From Haliotis rubra (taxonomy: Eukaryota), in contig NW_025766965.1 of the NCBI RefSeq assembly GCF_003918875.1, forward strand, positions 620,001 through 684,000: a stretch of DNA of 64,000 nt, read 5' to 3'. Positions within the stretch are counted from its first letter, which is position 1. Each line of letters opens with the position of its first letter. Both the position numbers and the translations under genes were made by a program. A model generated the notes under the pieces. That model did no database searches, was not told the DNA's origin, and saw only the letters and a program-made list of their open reading frames with translations. This document shows, piece by piece, positions 49,946 to 64,000 of the stretch.

Positions 49946-52634
49946 ATTCATGTTTGATATTTTGATGTTTTGTTTGTTTTGTATATTTGTTTGTTTGTTT
50001 AGTCTGCTATCGAACTTGAGCTACAGAACCAGACAATCGCGTGATCCATGTTATGAGCAACAATCGACATGGACGGTGTACGTGTACACCGCGTCAAGCT
50101 TGACAACCTGATCACTTTGGCCGCCTCTTCGGAGGTTGCTTTGGCGTCAACTTAACCTGGAATCCATCGGGGATGAGGAGTGGATCATTCATAAACTTTG
50201 TTATAAAACTGCAATGAAATATCTGATGCAAGTTACAGTTCTAATATTATTTTTTTAAAACAACTGTTTATTGTTTGTGAACCCGAACTATAATTTAAGT
50301 TCAGGACTTTAAAATAAGGGCGAGTCCACGTCAACAACTCTATCTGGCGCTAGCAAGCCATTTTTTTCGTGTAAGATCGATAGGTTGCAAAGCTTTATAT
50401 TTAGATAGTATTGAGAGCTTGCCCAACTTTTTTAGCAACAATCATGTGTAAGCCCCGGCTTTTTTTATAATGGTAGCTACGTCCCTGTCTAATTTTCTCG
50501 ACCTAAGGACACATTTCCTTGCTATTGCATGATTATATTGCTAAAAGCTTTATAAAATCACTCACTAACTTATTCGACCTTGATACTTCATGTATACGAG
50601 GTTTCATTACATATTAAAAAGTATCATAATATCATGTTTATTCATTATGTCTTGAAAATACACTTTACACGTATTAAAATAAAAAGAAGTAAAACTTCAA
50701 GGGAAACAATACCCATACTGCTCAATCCACCGACAATAAACCTACGTACATAACGCAAATTCTTGGGAGTTTTTCTGTTGTTACTAGAAATATCTACGTC
50801 TTGTCATGTAGGTATTGTTACGAATGTCAAGGTTGTACGTGGACACTCTATCACTCCTATCACCCCTACAGGCTAGGGCTCCCTCACCCATCTTTCTTCC
50901 TGCCCGATACAGAGGGTGATGAATGATATCATATGGAGGCAGACACGGGAGAACACGCCGACCTTGGAACGTCACACAGTCATGTTTGGTTGTGGGTCTG
51001 TCTGTTCATTACGGGAGCATCGGCGTAGTGGTTAAAGAGTTCGCTTGTCACGCCGAAGACCCGGGTTCTTGTTTGACATTGTATGATGCTGTTGTTAATT
51101 ATCCATGTTTAATCACTATTCGTAAGATCACCTTGGAAATATAAGATCTATATTTCTGTAATGTAGTGTAGAGAGAAAAAAACAGCGAAGCCTACGAGTG
51201 CAATATAAATTCTTCATATTCATACTTGAATCAGTGAGTGAGAGAGTGAGTATGTTTTTCACACTGTTATAAAAAGTTCAGCACGTGAGGAATAGAGTCC
51301 GATCTTGAGTGACGAAAGCCTTACCCACTTGCCTAACCCGTTGTGTCTCTGTGGTATGTCACTATCAAGAAAGTCTATGGTAAAATTTTACTGCTTGACG
51401 GGAGACACCAATAGGTTGAGAATAGAACCAAGATGTGGTGCGAGACGATCGAACGCACTAACCACTGGGCTACCTCATTGTTCGTTACCGCTTGAGTCAC
51501 TTTAGTGATTCACTGTTTGCCCGGTGGCAGATATCATGTCAATAGCACACTTCCATTATGTCGATTTCAAGCTGTCGTGCAGAACGTCAATCACAACGCG
51601 GGAGATTGACAGGACCCGGAAGTTGAACACACCTTTCGTTTGAGACGGCAATTAGTACTGAATAGTTAAACAGATGGAGTATTATGATGTCACCGATGCC
51701 ATAGCAACAACACAGTGTGAAAACGTACCGTATACACAAACCGTGAAACCCGACAGTATGATTCCCGTCCAATCTTAGGTCAAGGTCATTCTGTTACTGC
51801 CTCATTGGTACAATAGATACAGCGCATGCCCAGAGAGCGGAAAGTCAGCAGTCCAACCCCATCTGACCAAAAGAAGTTAAAAGAACACCAAGAACATTAT
51901 ACGACGCCTGAGTGGGTTGGATTCAGCATGCTGTGTCTGAGTAGGTTATTAACTGCGCACAGTGCGCACACACGTGCATGTGCAGGTGACTATAACAGTG
52001 CAAAACACAACTAAACGCAACGTTTACCGTATTCCACATCACGTCACCTTGCATCTAAACATGCATGTATTCAGAAGTTTGCAAAAACGAGGTTTTTCCA
52101 TGCAGACGGGATGAGAACTGCGTCGTTTCATTGTGGTAAAACCATTACGTCAGGCCGCGGAGACATGATATCAGGAAGTTATGTAAAAAACGAATGCACA
52201 GACATAATGTATGCATTGATATATGCAATCCCATAAAGCATTCTTTCACACTACAGAATTCAAGCCAATGGATCAGCATGCACAATGTACATTATTAGGT
52301 TCGGCCTGGTATGTTTACAGCCGAAACCTATTCGTTGTTAGGTATATATTTGGAGCAAGGTCAGTTGCCTAAGCAGACAGCCCTGTTTAATAACATGCAT
52401 ACTCCCTAGGGATTTGGGAATGGAATTCATTTCTTGGTGTCCCCCGCCGTGATATTGCTGGAAAATTGCTAAAAGCGGTGTAAAACTAAACTCACTCACT
52501 CGAGTGCACAATCATCCATTGTCATCATCGTTGTAGTCGTCATCAACACCACCATCATCATCATCATCATCACCACTACCATCATAATCATAATCATTTT
52601 CTTATTCGGTGTGGCACAGGACTGAACCTTTATA

Positions 52635-52784
52635 GGGGCGGTGGGGTAGCCTAGTGTTAAAGCGTTCGCTCGTCACGCTGAAGACCCCCACATGGGTGCA
52701 ATGTGTGAAGCCCATTCTGGTGTCCCTCGCCGCGATATTGCTGGAATATTGCTAAAAGCGGCGTAAAACCACCCTCACTCACTC
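52635..52784 (+). mobile_element. SINE family A with 14-bp target-site duplication
   Basis: actgaacctttata at 52621 and 52785. Confidence 0.92.
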
Positions 52785-52816
52785 ACTGAACCTTTATAAC
52801 CCTACAGTCGTCTTAC

Positions 52817-52935
52817 CTGTTTTGTGCCGGTGCTATGTACAGAACTCCGTCTACGCTCCTCCCGGGGATGACCCAAACAACAATGCCCTACACAGCCAAC
52901 GTGATCATCAACATCAACTATATTTCCCTTTTATA
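52817..52935 (-). promoter_or_regulatory. Candidate TATA promoter and non-coding first exon of the membrane-protein gene
   Basis: TATAAAAG (minus, 52935-52928) and CAG|gtaaga donor at 52817/52816. Confidence 0.4.
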
Positions 52936-53755
52936 AAGGCAGGACAGGTGACATTGTCTCCTATGAAACCTAGTGTTCTCTGAAATAACGGTAACTGTTC
53001 TGGCGACCAACCCTGTTTTGCCACCATGGACGATGGTGACACATTCAACTCTCTGGTGAGATCCAACATCGTGCAGGGTCATTGTGTTTCCGTATCATTT
53101 GAATGGTTATGTGGCTTAAGCAAAGCGAAATGTTATCGTGAGGGAGATGCATTAAATAAGGCTTCCATTGTATCGCGCTGACGAATATTAGTACGGACTA
53201 ATTGGATGGACACCTTTGTAATCGGAGATTGACGAGAGATACTTGCTGTTTCAAGAAAGCCTAGATGCAATACAGACTAGATTCCTTCCGAGAAGAACAT
53301 TAAATACTATATTGCTGCATAATTTTTCATATTTATCAAACCGACGGTAAAGGAATTTTCGTAAACTTCTTTACTCGCTCCAAACTTCGCCTAAATGATC
53401 TAAATATTTACACACGGATTTTGTCATCTATTGAAAAATACCAAAGGCTGTGCCCTTTTCGTGGCATTGTGTCAAGGATTAACACCATTATATGTTTATT
53501 TGCCCTATATTCGAAAATCTAAGAAACAAATACATACCACAGATGTCTTTGTTGTTTGTATATGGGTATGTGGGATTCATACAAAAAATAATTGAACTCA
53601 AAAATAAATTGATTCTTCCACATAACAATTAATCTGGTCCTCATCCCTGGGTTATGTGTCTAACAGTAAGCGTATATAACTCGATACAGCCTTCAACACT
53701 GCCGGAACGGAGTTACCACCCATGGCACATTACCCATACCGGGAAGAAACTTGTG

Positions 53756-53959
53756 GAGTGAGTTTAGTTTTACGCCGCCCTCAGCAATATTCAAGCTATA
53801 TGGCGGCAGTCTGTAAATAATCGAGTCTGGGCCAGACAATCCAGTGATCTACGCAGTTGGGAACCGATGACATGTGTCAACCAAGTCAGCGAGCCTGACC
53901 ACCCGATCCCGTTAGTCGCCTCTTACGAAAAGCATGGGTTACTGAAGATTCTACGGGTC
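53756..53959 (-). mobile_element. Retroposon family B (internal deletions)
   Basis: Match to the consensus. Confidence 0.8.
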
Positions 53960-54286
53960 AGAAACTTGTGGAAGATGCACTTAGAGTAAATGAAAAAACA
54001 TTTCTAACTGTTGTATTAAAATGTCTGTATCTCTCCTATGAAGGAATAAAGAGAGTTTATGTGTGTGTGTGTGTGTATGTGTGTGCGTGCGTACGTGCGT
54101 GCGTGCGTGCGTGCGTGCGTGTGTGTCTGTGTCTGTGTCCGTCTATCTGTTTGTGTCAGATGGTTTGCCGGAACGTGCTCGTGTGGTGAAAAGGCAAAGA
54201 AGTAGTGAAAATTGTATGAACTGACCACTGAAGATTATTTGCAACACAAAGTGTTAGCGAAAAGAGTAAGCCTTTCTTGCTACATC

Positions 54287-54453
54287 GGGGCGGTGGGGTA
54301 GCCTAGTGGTTAAAGCGTTGGCTCGTCACGCCGAAGACCCGGGTTCGATTCCCCACATGGGCACAATGTGTTAAGCCCATTTCTGGTGTCCCCCCGCCGT
54401 GATATTGCTGGAATATTGCTAAAAGCGGCCTAAAATTAAACTCAGTCAGTCAG
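54287..54453 (+). mobile_element. SINE family A, young full-length copy
   Basis: tcttgctaca duplicated at 54275 and 54454. Intact A and B boxes. Confidence 0.93.
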
Positions 54454-54753
54454 TCTTGCTACACCGGTTGCACCCGCTTCTAATTAAACACTTTCTCAAA
54501 AGCTGTACACTGCAATGCACATATGAACAAGTTCAGTTTCACACCGATTAATCCAACTGCAGTCACGCGTGAGTTGGGAATGTTGTTTTCAGTTGTCAGT
54601 CATATGTCAATCACATCAATCATTGAACATGTTAAACGCGTGTCTGTAATTACTACATTCGTGAAGTCATAGAAATACCTAGTAACCTCCCTGTTTCAAT
54701 TACCTTTTTGTATGACCTTGTTAGCGTCTTGCACTGGGGCAGTTAATAGACGT

Positions 54754-56800
54754 ACATTGTGTTCAGAAGAACAGACAGAATGTCAGGAGGTATATTTAAT
54801 CCTTACATATTACATGTCATTTATGATGTTTATAGATGTATATTGTGTTCAGAAGAACAGACAGAACGGCAAGAGTATATTTATTCCTTACCTATTACAT
54901 GTCATTTATGATGTTTATAGATGTATATTGTGTTCAGAAGAACAGACAGAACGGCAAGAGTATATTTATTCCTTACATATTAAATGCCATTTATGATGTT
55001 TATAGATGTGTATTGTGTTCAGAAGAACAGACAGAATGTCAGGAGGTATATTTATTCCTTACATATTACATGTCATGTACATGATGTTTACAGATGTATA
55101 TTGTGTTCGGAAGAACAGACAGACGTCAAGAGTACGTTCATTCCTTAAAAATTACATGTCATTTACATGATGTTTATAGATGTATACTGTGTTCGGAAGA
55201 ACAGACAGACATCAAGAGTACGTTCATTCCTTACATATTACATGCCATTTACATGATGTTATTAGATGTATATTGTGTTCGGAAGAACAGACAGACATCA
55301 AGAGTACGTTCATTCCTTACATATTACATGTCATTTACATGATGTTTATAGATGTATATTGTGTTCGGAAGAACAGACAGACATCAAGAGTACGTTCATT
55401 CCTTACATATTACATGTCATTTACATGATGTTTATAGATGTATATTGTGTTCAGAAGAACAGACAGACGTCAAGAGTATGTTCATTCCTTACATATTACA
55501 TGTCATTTACATGATGTTTATAGATGTATATTGTGTTCAGAAGAACAGACAGACGTCAAGAGTATGTTCATTCCTTACATATTACATGTCATTTACATGA
55601 TGTTTATAGATGTATATTGTGTTCAGAAGAACAGACAGACGTCAAGAGTATGTTCATTCCTTACATATTACATGTCATTTACATGATGTTTATAGATGTA
55701 TATTGTGTTCAGAAGAACACACAGACGTCAATAGTATGTTCATTCCTTATATATTACATGTCATTTACATGATGTTTATAGATGTAGATTGTGTTCAGAA
55801 GAACAGACAGACGTCAAGAGTATGTTCATTCTTTACATATTACATGTCATTTACATGATGTTTATAGATGTATATTGTGTTCAGAAGAACACACAGACGT
55901 CAATAGTATGTTCATTCCTTATATATTACATGTCATTTACATGATGTTTATAGATGTATATTGTGTTCAGAAGAACAGACAGACGTCAAGAGTATGTTCA
56001 TTCCTTACATATTACATGTCATTTACATGATGTTTATAGATGTGTATTGTGTTCAGAAGAACAGACAGAATGTCAGGAGGTATATTTATTCCTTACATAT
56101 TACATGTCATGTACATGATGTTTATAGATGTATATTGTGTTCAGAAGAACAGACAGACGTCAAGAGTATGTTCATTCTTTACATATTACATGTCATTTAC
56201 ATGATGTTTATAGATGTATATTGTGTTCAGAAGAACAGACAGACATCAAGAGTATGTTCATTCCTTACATATTACATGTCATTTACATGATGTTTATAGA
56301 TGTAGATTGTGTTCGGAAGAACAGACAGACATCAAGAGTACGTTCATTCCTTACATATTACATGTCATTTACATGATGTTTATAGATGTATATTGTGTTC
56401 GGAAGAACAGACAGACATCAATAGTATGTTCATTCCTTACATATTACATGTCATTTACATGATGTTTATAGATGTATATTGTGTTCAGAAGAACAGACAG
56501 ACGTCAAGAGTATGTTCATTCCTTACATATTACATGTCATTTACATGATGTTTATAGATGTATATTGTGTTCAGAAGAACAGACAGACGTCAAGAGTATG
56601 TTCATTCCTTACATATTACATGTCATTTACATGATGTTTATAGATGTAGATTGTGTTCAGAAGAACAGACAGACGTCAAGAGTATGTTGATTCCTTACAT
56701 ATTACATTCATTTATGATGTTTATAGATGTATTTCGTGTTCAGAAGAATAGACAGACGTCAAAAGTATGTTTATTCCTTACATATTACATGTCATTTATG
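54754..56800. repeat. 86-bp satellite, about 24 copies
   Basis: 86-nt period, mirrored by the ORF starts at 55094, 55180, 55266 and so on. Confidence 0.97.
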
Positions 56801-58932
56801 AAATCCAAGTGGGCATAATATCCTTATTCCACTCCGTCATTTAAACCATAAAACATATATATTTTTTAAGTTAACCTAAATGACAAGCCAGGGCCCCATT
56901 AACCATCCCTGACTGAAGCACATCTAATATCACAAATTATGCACAACAAAATCGTACATCGACAATAGCACTGCATTAATACTCCTAATACCGACAGAAA
57001 TGTCACACTCACCGACTGCCATGCGAGCAAATATGTACCCACTATCCGACCGTTTCCATACAGCGTCAACACAGAAAATTCGCCCTTAACGTTGTCAGGT
57101 GCCAACAACATAGGCCTTTTTAAAACAGGTCGTTATACCAGTATCCGCTAAAAGCGTTTCGCTGTCGAATAATAAACCCTGGTTATTAGAATTAAATCTA
57201 CAATGCAAAGTTTCGATCACAGCCTATGATTACAGTTTCTAAGCCGTCTCACTCAGTGATATCTGATGTGAGAGCAATAGTCAATCAATTGATCCGTTAT
57301 CGATTCATCGCTCCCTGTGAGATTAGTGAAACGGACCTGGGTGCAGAAAATAGTCAAAATTGCAAAGACTATGTGTATATTAGATTGGTTATTGACATAA
57401 TATTTCGTTTAAATATTCGTTTATTAACAATATTACAAATTAGGGTATATGCATACTTTTTCTTCCTATCATATTTATTTATTTATTCATTTATTTATTT
57501 ATTTATTTTTTGTTTTTTTTAGTCATTATCATATTATGATTTCATCAGTTCAGAATTCAACTTGATGGCTTTATTACTATGAAATTTGAGGGGATGGATT
57601 TGCGCGTCTGAATAGATTAATTTCGACCAGCCAGGGTTGGGCATTTTTATCATTATTAAAGTAGCGTGTAGTATAATATATTTTCGTCTTCTGCACAATA
57701 GTAAGTTACACATGAAGGGTCCGTATAGTGAACATTAGGATGTTTTAGGTATGCTGTTTGAATAAATAACAGGAACGTGACTAACTGAAGCAATATGTCC
57801 GGACTTCAAGCACTGTGTGAAGTAAAGATCAATTTCCCATTATAATATTTTAGGGTGTGTCGTGAATATTATAATGAAGAAATATGTTTTTTATTAGATT
57901 TAATGTTCACATGGGAATATAGATATAGATGCAAAATGGGTGCGTCATCTGAATATATATGGCTTCGCTTTCATTGCCTGTGTTTTCCTTTGTGTTATAC
58001 CAGGGAGAATAGAAGCTGTAGATTATCCCTGGTTCTGCCTAACTGAAAGAACCGTATGTCAAATAGTCTACACAAACAAATCAAATCGGGCTAAACACGA
58101 ACCATCGTATATGTAATGACCCAGTCAACAATTACGACTGTAACCTTTTATTTTGCCCCTCCGTTCGATACGACGTGCCATTACATACGTACGTGAGATA
58201 ACCCTATTCCGCGAAGTAAATGACAGACACAGGGTTCACATAATCCATCGTTATAAAGTAAATCATGGATTTTGTTCGTCCAAATTTTGTCCTAAGTGTG
58301 TAATATAAATATAGAGACGTGCTGGTCTATAGTCTATTAAATAAGTGTTGGCGTGGTCAATACGACAAGATACACGCCTCCTGTTGACTTCGCCTCGCCT
58401 TCCCACGCCCCCGTTCCACCTCTCAAAGTGTGTTGGTTATATCAAGTGTAAGCTAACAAGTATAAGTCCCGGGATCTCCTACGAACAGCGGATAACAAAG
58501 GCATGAATGTACTTTCTTTCTTTCCCAACGTACCGCGGTGAGGTTTCAAGCAGGGTCGTATTACAGCATGTATATAATAAATGTCTCTGTGCTGTACCTG
58601 TGTAACGAAATATGGCATTTGTGCGCCATGGCAGAGTGTTTTGTCAACAGAATGTGAAGCAAACAATACATGCTTTTATCGCTTACAAAATTTTGAATGT
58701 CGGAGATATGTGATTTTGCTTCTGAGCTTTGTCGGAATCTACATGACTCGAATATGTACAATAAATTTTACATATGGCGAATTATAACGTGACATGCTGC
58801 TCATACATGAGTATATTAATACCGCATGATTGATACCAAGTATGATAGTGTTCAAAATGTCCTTGACATGTGTAGATTTAATTTAGATATTATTTTATAT
58901 GAGTAGGAAACGTGTTCTATATATGCTGGTTT

Positions 58933-59170
58933 GTGAGTTTTTGTTTTACGCCGCACTCAGCAATATTCCAGCAGTATGGCGGCGGTCTGTAAATAATCGA
59001 GTCTGGACCAGACAATCCAGTGATCAACAGCATGAGCATCTATCTACGCAACTGGGATTCGATGACATGTGTCAACCAAGTCAGCAAGCCTGACCACCCG
59101 ATCCCGTTAGTCGCCTCTTACGACAAGCATGGGTAACTGAAGACCAATTCTAACCCGGATCTTCACGGGT
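58933..59170 (-). mobile_element. Retroposon family B
   Basis: Full-length match. Confidence 0.88.
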
Positions 59171-59174
59171 CCCT

Positions 59175-59730
59175 ACATATGTAGGAAGCTTGTTTCTATA
59201 AATGAAGGAAGCTTTCTCTAAATATGATTGGCTCTATACATGTAGGAAGATTGGTTCTATATATGTAGGAATTCCGGTTGTATAAATGGAGGAAGCCTGG
59301 TACTAAATATAGTAAGAAACCTGGTTCTAACCTCTTTATGGGTCATTTAGAAGCTGGTATGACGAAAGAGAGCACAATCAAGTGATAACGGTGTTAGCAT
59401 CTACACCGTAACGACGCATCTATTGAATAATTAAAAAAAAGTTGTCAGTCCATAAAACATAATTGTCCTCCCTCCGGACTTGGATCTATATGTGTAGGGA
59501 ATTGGTTAGGAAACATGGTGGTTCTATAAATGTAGGAAGATTGGTTCTATAAATATATGAACCATGCTTCTATATATGTAGGAATCTGGGTTCTATAAAT
59601 GTAGGAAGCTTGGTTCTATATATGGAGGAAGATTGGTTCTATAAATATATGAACCATGCTTCTATATATGTAGGAATCTGGGTATTATAAACGTAGGAAT
59701 CTTGGTTCTATATAATGTAGGAAGATTGGT
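59175..59730. repeat. Degenerate about 23-bp repeat (ggttctatatatgtaggaagctt), interrupted by a Penelope-terminus relic at about 59382-59460
   Basis: Recurrent unit is directly visible. Confidence 0.7.
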
Positions 59731-59738
59731 TAATGCTA

Positions 59739-59891
59739 GTGAGTGAGTGAGTACAGTTTTACTCCGCTTTAGCAACAGCCCCCCAATACCACTTCGGCGG
59801 GCGGACACCTGAAATAGCTTCACACATGTTACCCACGTGGGGAATCGAATATTAGGCGTGGAGAGCGAACACTTTAGCCAGTAGGCTACCC
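59739..59891 (-). mobile_element. SINE family A (diverged)
   Basis: Tail, body and partial head. Confidence 0.75.
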
Positions 59892-60060
59892 TATGATAGT
59901 GTTCAAGATGTTCTATACATGTCTAGATTATATATGTATTGAATACTTGGAACTACACACGCAGGAAACATGCTTCTGTATTTACTATGTATACATCATA
60001 GTGCAATATTTGTGTACAATATGTCACATTGATAGTGAACCACATGGTACAAACAATGTC

Positions 60061-60225
60061 TATTATATGCTATATATCATGTTGATTCTGTGGTGTATAT
60101 TATATGCTATATATCATGTTGATTCTGTGGTGTGTATTATATGCTATATATCATGTTGATTCTGTGGTGTATATTATATGCTATATATCATGTTGATTCT
60201 GTGGTGTGTATTATATGCTAGATAT
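60061..60225. repeat. 37-bp minisatellite, about 4 copies
   Basis: tattatatgctatatatcatgttgattctgtggtgta. Confidence 0.88.
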
Positions 60226-60676
60226 CTTTTATGGTATATGGGGGGTGTTATATGGTATATATACTAGCGTTTTACGCGATATATGGCATATGTACTACAT
60301 CGTACGTATGTGCATTATACGACAGAATTATTTGTCAGTGATGTCTTTTGAAACTGCTCATGCACTCTCTAAACTCAACATAACTTTATTCCTCTAAATG
60401 TTACGGACATCGAACACATGTAAGGTTGTCCATAGTTAGGGACAAACGGCGGTCCGCTAAAATATGAACTATGGAAGGCCTTGAAGTTAAAACTTGCTGT
60501 TGATATTAAAACGATATATCGACAGACTGTAGTTTGCAGGGTTTCATTGTATTGAAACCTTCCCGAAACGAATTTCATTTATCTAAAGCAGAGTGGAAAT
60601 GATCTTTGATCTGGTGTTTATTATTGAATTTAACAAAGTTAAATTTACATTCATGATGCTTTTATATATGTTACTT

Positions 60677-60713
<37 letters not shown>

Positions 60714-62423
60714 CTTGACACTTTGTATACTACAGTTTTTTACTTTTGTTTTGTGATATATGACTTAAATTTTATGTGGTCTTTGGTATCATATTTGGTT
60801 TACGATTGTTCTTCTGGAATTCTTAGTAACTGGTTCGCTCCCTGAATAGGTTGGTAATTGTTGTTTCTACGAAATTACAATATATGTCAGTATACCTCGC
60901 TAGAACATCGGCCGATGACCTTCCGTACACTATAAACGGCATAAAACGAATTTAATGTTCAAACTGGGTACATGATCTCTAAATCCCCATTGAAGGTCTC
61001 TATATATACACCCTGATCATGCGTACCGTTCCATTCTACGCCCGGTCACGTTGTGCCCACCTTCATAGTAAACGTTGGACGTCGGGGCAATGTGTAAAAT
61101 CACGTGTATTGTGACGCCCACAATAACATTCTGGGCGTATCAATAACACTTAAGTCGCACAAGAATAGGCATTTACACTCAAAATGCTTAGCGCCATATT
61201 TGGATCCTGTCGAAGGTGCTTGGTCATTGCTACTATCGTTTAATGGCAGGCTGACACGAACTGGTTTGGCTAATGCGTGAATGAAAATAACAGGCATTCT
61301 ATGTAATAAACATTTTGTTGTAAACATTTCACTCTTTGAGTATTTCAGACTGTTTTAGAGTTAGTGCAATGTTGTTAAACGTGTTGAGGCTGGAGGGTTA
61401 GCCCAGTGGTAAAGCGTTCGCTCGTCACGTTGAAGACCTGATGTCGATTTTACTGACGTGGTGCGGAGGCCTCACTTTGGGAAATCTTTCGCACTTCCAA
61501 TTTTCTTTCATTCCACTGGGATACACATATGAAGAGGGTCAGGGGTGAAAAGGGAGGGGGGAGTTGTAGTTGTCGGAATCGAAACCGGGAATTGAAAATC
61601 ACTACCTGTTTCAACTACCAATCATGAGAATGAATAATTCGGTAACTACAATATTTGATAAGAGTGATGCACGAAAAGCAAAAAATAATGTTTATTCATT
61701 TGTTTGTGTTTCTTCAAATAATGAAATATTTTCTCTTCTTTTTTTCACGTGTTTTTGAAACGCAGTAATCATGTCATGCGGTTTTATATACATTCCCCTA
61801 AATCTATACACGGGTGACTAGTTATCTCAATCTTAACTAATCCATCAATCGCCGATACATAGCCTAAAGACGTCCCACGTTACAGGAGATGCTCCATCTG
61901 AAATAACAACCCCAAGGACATACTAATCCCATGACTCACAAATAACAATGGCTGAATTATTTCGAATCAGTTGTTTAACACGTTATTATTATTCTGTTCA
62001 TTATTAGTACTTGTTATTGCTATTTTTGCAATCAAGTCAATATTTTTACACTCGTGATGGAAATGTATATCCTTGTGTCTCATCTTAACAAAAATATATT
62101 TCGACAGAAAAAGCAGTGGATATATCATTATGATTTGTCAAAATACAAAGACGTAATGAATCAGGCTTAATGTAGTGCAATCGACATACATTTATCAAAC
62201 TTGAAGTTCATGGAGAGGTCGGTGAACAATCACGACATATTCCATCGATTCCGGGTATGACGAAGTATTATTTAGGGATTTATCATTAACAAATTATGTG
62301 GTAGTAAAGGACCTTGGTTGAGACCATAACGAGAACATATGCCATGCACAGTAAACATCTCTTTAACTCGATATCCATAACTAGATATGTCCTGACGATA
62401 ATTCGACATAAATTCACTCAGCA

Positions 62424-63425
62424 ATGTTTTGTACAACGTGGCCGAGACTTCGAAATAACGAAGTACAACTTTCGACATATCCCCGTTTCGTGAGCTCTAA
62501 GTGGTATGTAGCGCTGACATGGTTTGTACAACGTGGCCAGAAAATCGAGATAACGAGGTATAACTTTCCACATATTCACGCTTCGTAAGCTCTACGTGTC
62601 ATATAGCGTTGACATGTTTTGTACAACGTGGCTGATACTTCGAGATAACGAGGTATAGCTGTCCACATATCCCCGCTTCGTGAGCTCCACGTGCCATATA
62701 GTGCTGACATGTTTTGTACAACGTGGCCGATACTTCGAGATACCGAGGTATAGCTGTCCACATATCCCCCGCTTAGTGACCTCCACGGGTCATATAGTGG
62801 TGACATGTTTTGTACAACGTGGCCGATACTTCGAGAGAACGAGGTATAGCTGTCCACATATCCCCCGCTTAGTGACCTCCACGTCATATAGTGGTGTGAC
62901 CTCTTCGAGAGAACGAGGTATGTCATATAGTGACCTCCACGGGTCATATTGGTGTACAACGTGGCCGATACTTCTAGATAACGAGGTATAGCTGTCAACA
63001 TATTCCCCGCTTAGTGACCTCCACGTGTCATATAGCGCTGACATGTTTTGTACAACGTGGCCGATACTTCGAGATAACGAGGTATAGCTGTCCACATATC
63101 CCCCGCTTAGTGACCTCCACGTGTCATATAGCGGTGACATGTTTTGTACAACGTGGGCCGTCCACATATCCCCCGCTTCGTGAGCTCTCTAGATAACGAG
63201 GTATAGCTGTCCACATATCCCCCGCTTCGTGAGCTCTACGTGTCATATAGCGCTGACATGTATTGTACAACGTGGCCGAGACTTCGAGATAATGAGGTAT
63301 AGCTGGCCACATATCCCCCGCTTCGTGAGCTCTACGTGTCATATAGCGGTGACATGTTTTGTACAACGAGGTTGGTACTTCGATACAACGAGGTTTAACT
63401 CTCCACACATTGGCGGATCCAGGTG

Positions 63426-63467
<42 letters not shown>

Positions 63468-63630
63468 TTCAGGGTCCCTCCCCCCCTTGAAAATGACTTA
63501 AGACTACATTGAAGATGTTTTGGGCGTTGGCGGAGCCAATGGGGGCTGACACCCCCACCCCCCACGCCCTTTCAAAATTCCCGGATCCGCACATGCCACA
63601 TATCTCCGCTTCGTGAGCTCCACCTGTCAT
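62424..63630. repeat. About 96-bp tandem repeat array
   Basis: gacatgttttgtacaacgtggccgatacttcgagataacgaggtatagctgtccacatatccccgc units. Confidence 0.9.
63408..63595. mobile_element. MITE with internal (TG)n, inserted into the 96-bp array
   Basis: cattggcggatcc...ggatccgcacatg ends with a 5-bp duplication ccaca. Confidence 0.7.
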
Positions 63631-64000
63631 CATATTCATGTTTCATTGGAGTCAACGTGTCATACAACGCTAACAAGTTTTGGATAGCTGTACCCGTCGC
63701 ACCCACTGTACTTTAAGTAAGTAACTGTACTGTGAGGTGTGACAGTGTTGAACTGACTGTAGGTGACGCCCTGTCCCCTTTCATGTAACCCCCGCCCCGG
63801 CCAATATCAAATCCTTTTGAGACGATTCCAAACTCTGCGTGGGGCATATCTATTTTGAAATAGTTCGTTTGACAGCTGCATCGAGTGTCTAGTGCCAACA
63901 AAGGACACTTATAACACATTCCCATGAACTCACTTGTAAAAGTACACAGTTGGGAGCGTGATTGATGACGCTATTCTACATGGGTATGGATCTGTTAACG

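Noticed and set aside
52817-52914. Signal-peptide-like MLMITLAV*GIVVWVIP reading with an internal stop
   Set aside because: It has an in-frame TAG and a phase 2 end that does not fit the phase 1 entry of the next exon, so it is treated as UTR.
54287-54360. tRNA genes in SINE heads
   Set aside because: A and B boxes continue into a shared SINE body with tail and target duplications, and no proper acceptor stem is formed.
54712-56818. Series of 82-aa ORFs and a CRISPR-like periodic array
   Set aside because: Products of an 86-bp satellite. There are no unique spacers and no cas genes, and the context is eukaryotic.
62576-63501. Overlapping ORFs of 60-141 aa, and similarly 6145-6402
   Set aside because: They are translations of tandem repeats.

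Overview
Animal genomic DNA with spliceosomal introns, tRNA-derived SINEs, Tc1 elements and satellites. It is most likely a gastropod mollusc, and abalone-like is only an inference from the repeat families. Host genes reconstructed by hand with matching splice phases: (1) a 3-exon PRDM8 orthologue (988-4632, +); (2) a 2-exon secreted GH49/dextranase-like beta-helix glycoside hydrolase of microbial type (11923-13746, +); (3) a 2-exon secreted tandem PAN/apple protein (18445-23753, +); (4) a minus-strand single-pass, tyrosine-motif-rich membrane protein (47485-40163) with a 28-nt microexon and a coding exon split by a Tc1 insertion; (5) an orphan minus-strand coding exon (31192-31688). Mobile DNA includes four Tc1 DD34E elements (one with an intact ORF), a truncated inverted Penelope-like element nested in a foldback element, many MITEs, and several SINE-like families. 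The most interesting signals are four. Tc1 terminal repeats carry built-in splice signals, and one such copy sits inside a coding exon. Variant (U3-A8) minimal hammerhead motifs with covarying stems occur in Penelope termini. The GH49-like enzyme is a horizontal-transfer candidate. A head-less retroposon has a pseudoknot-like fixed 5' end.
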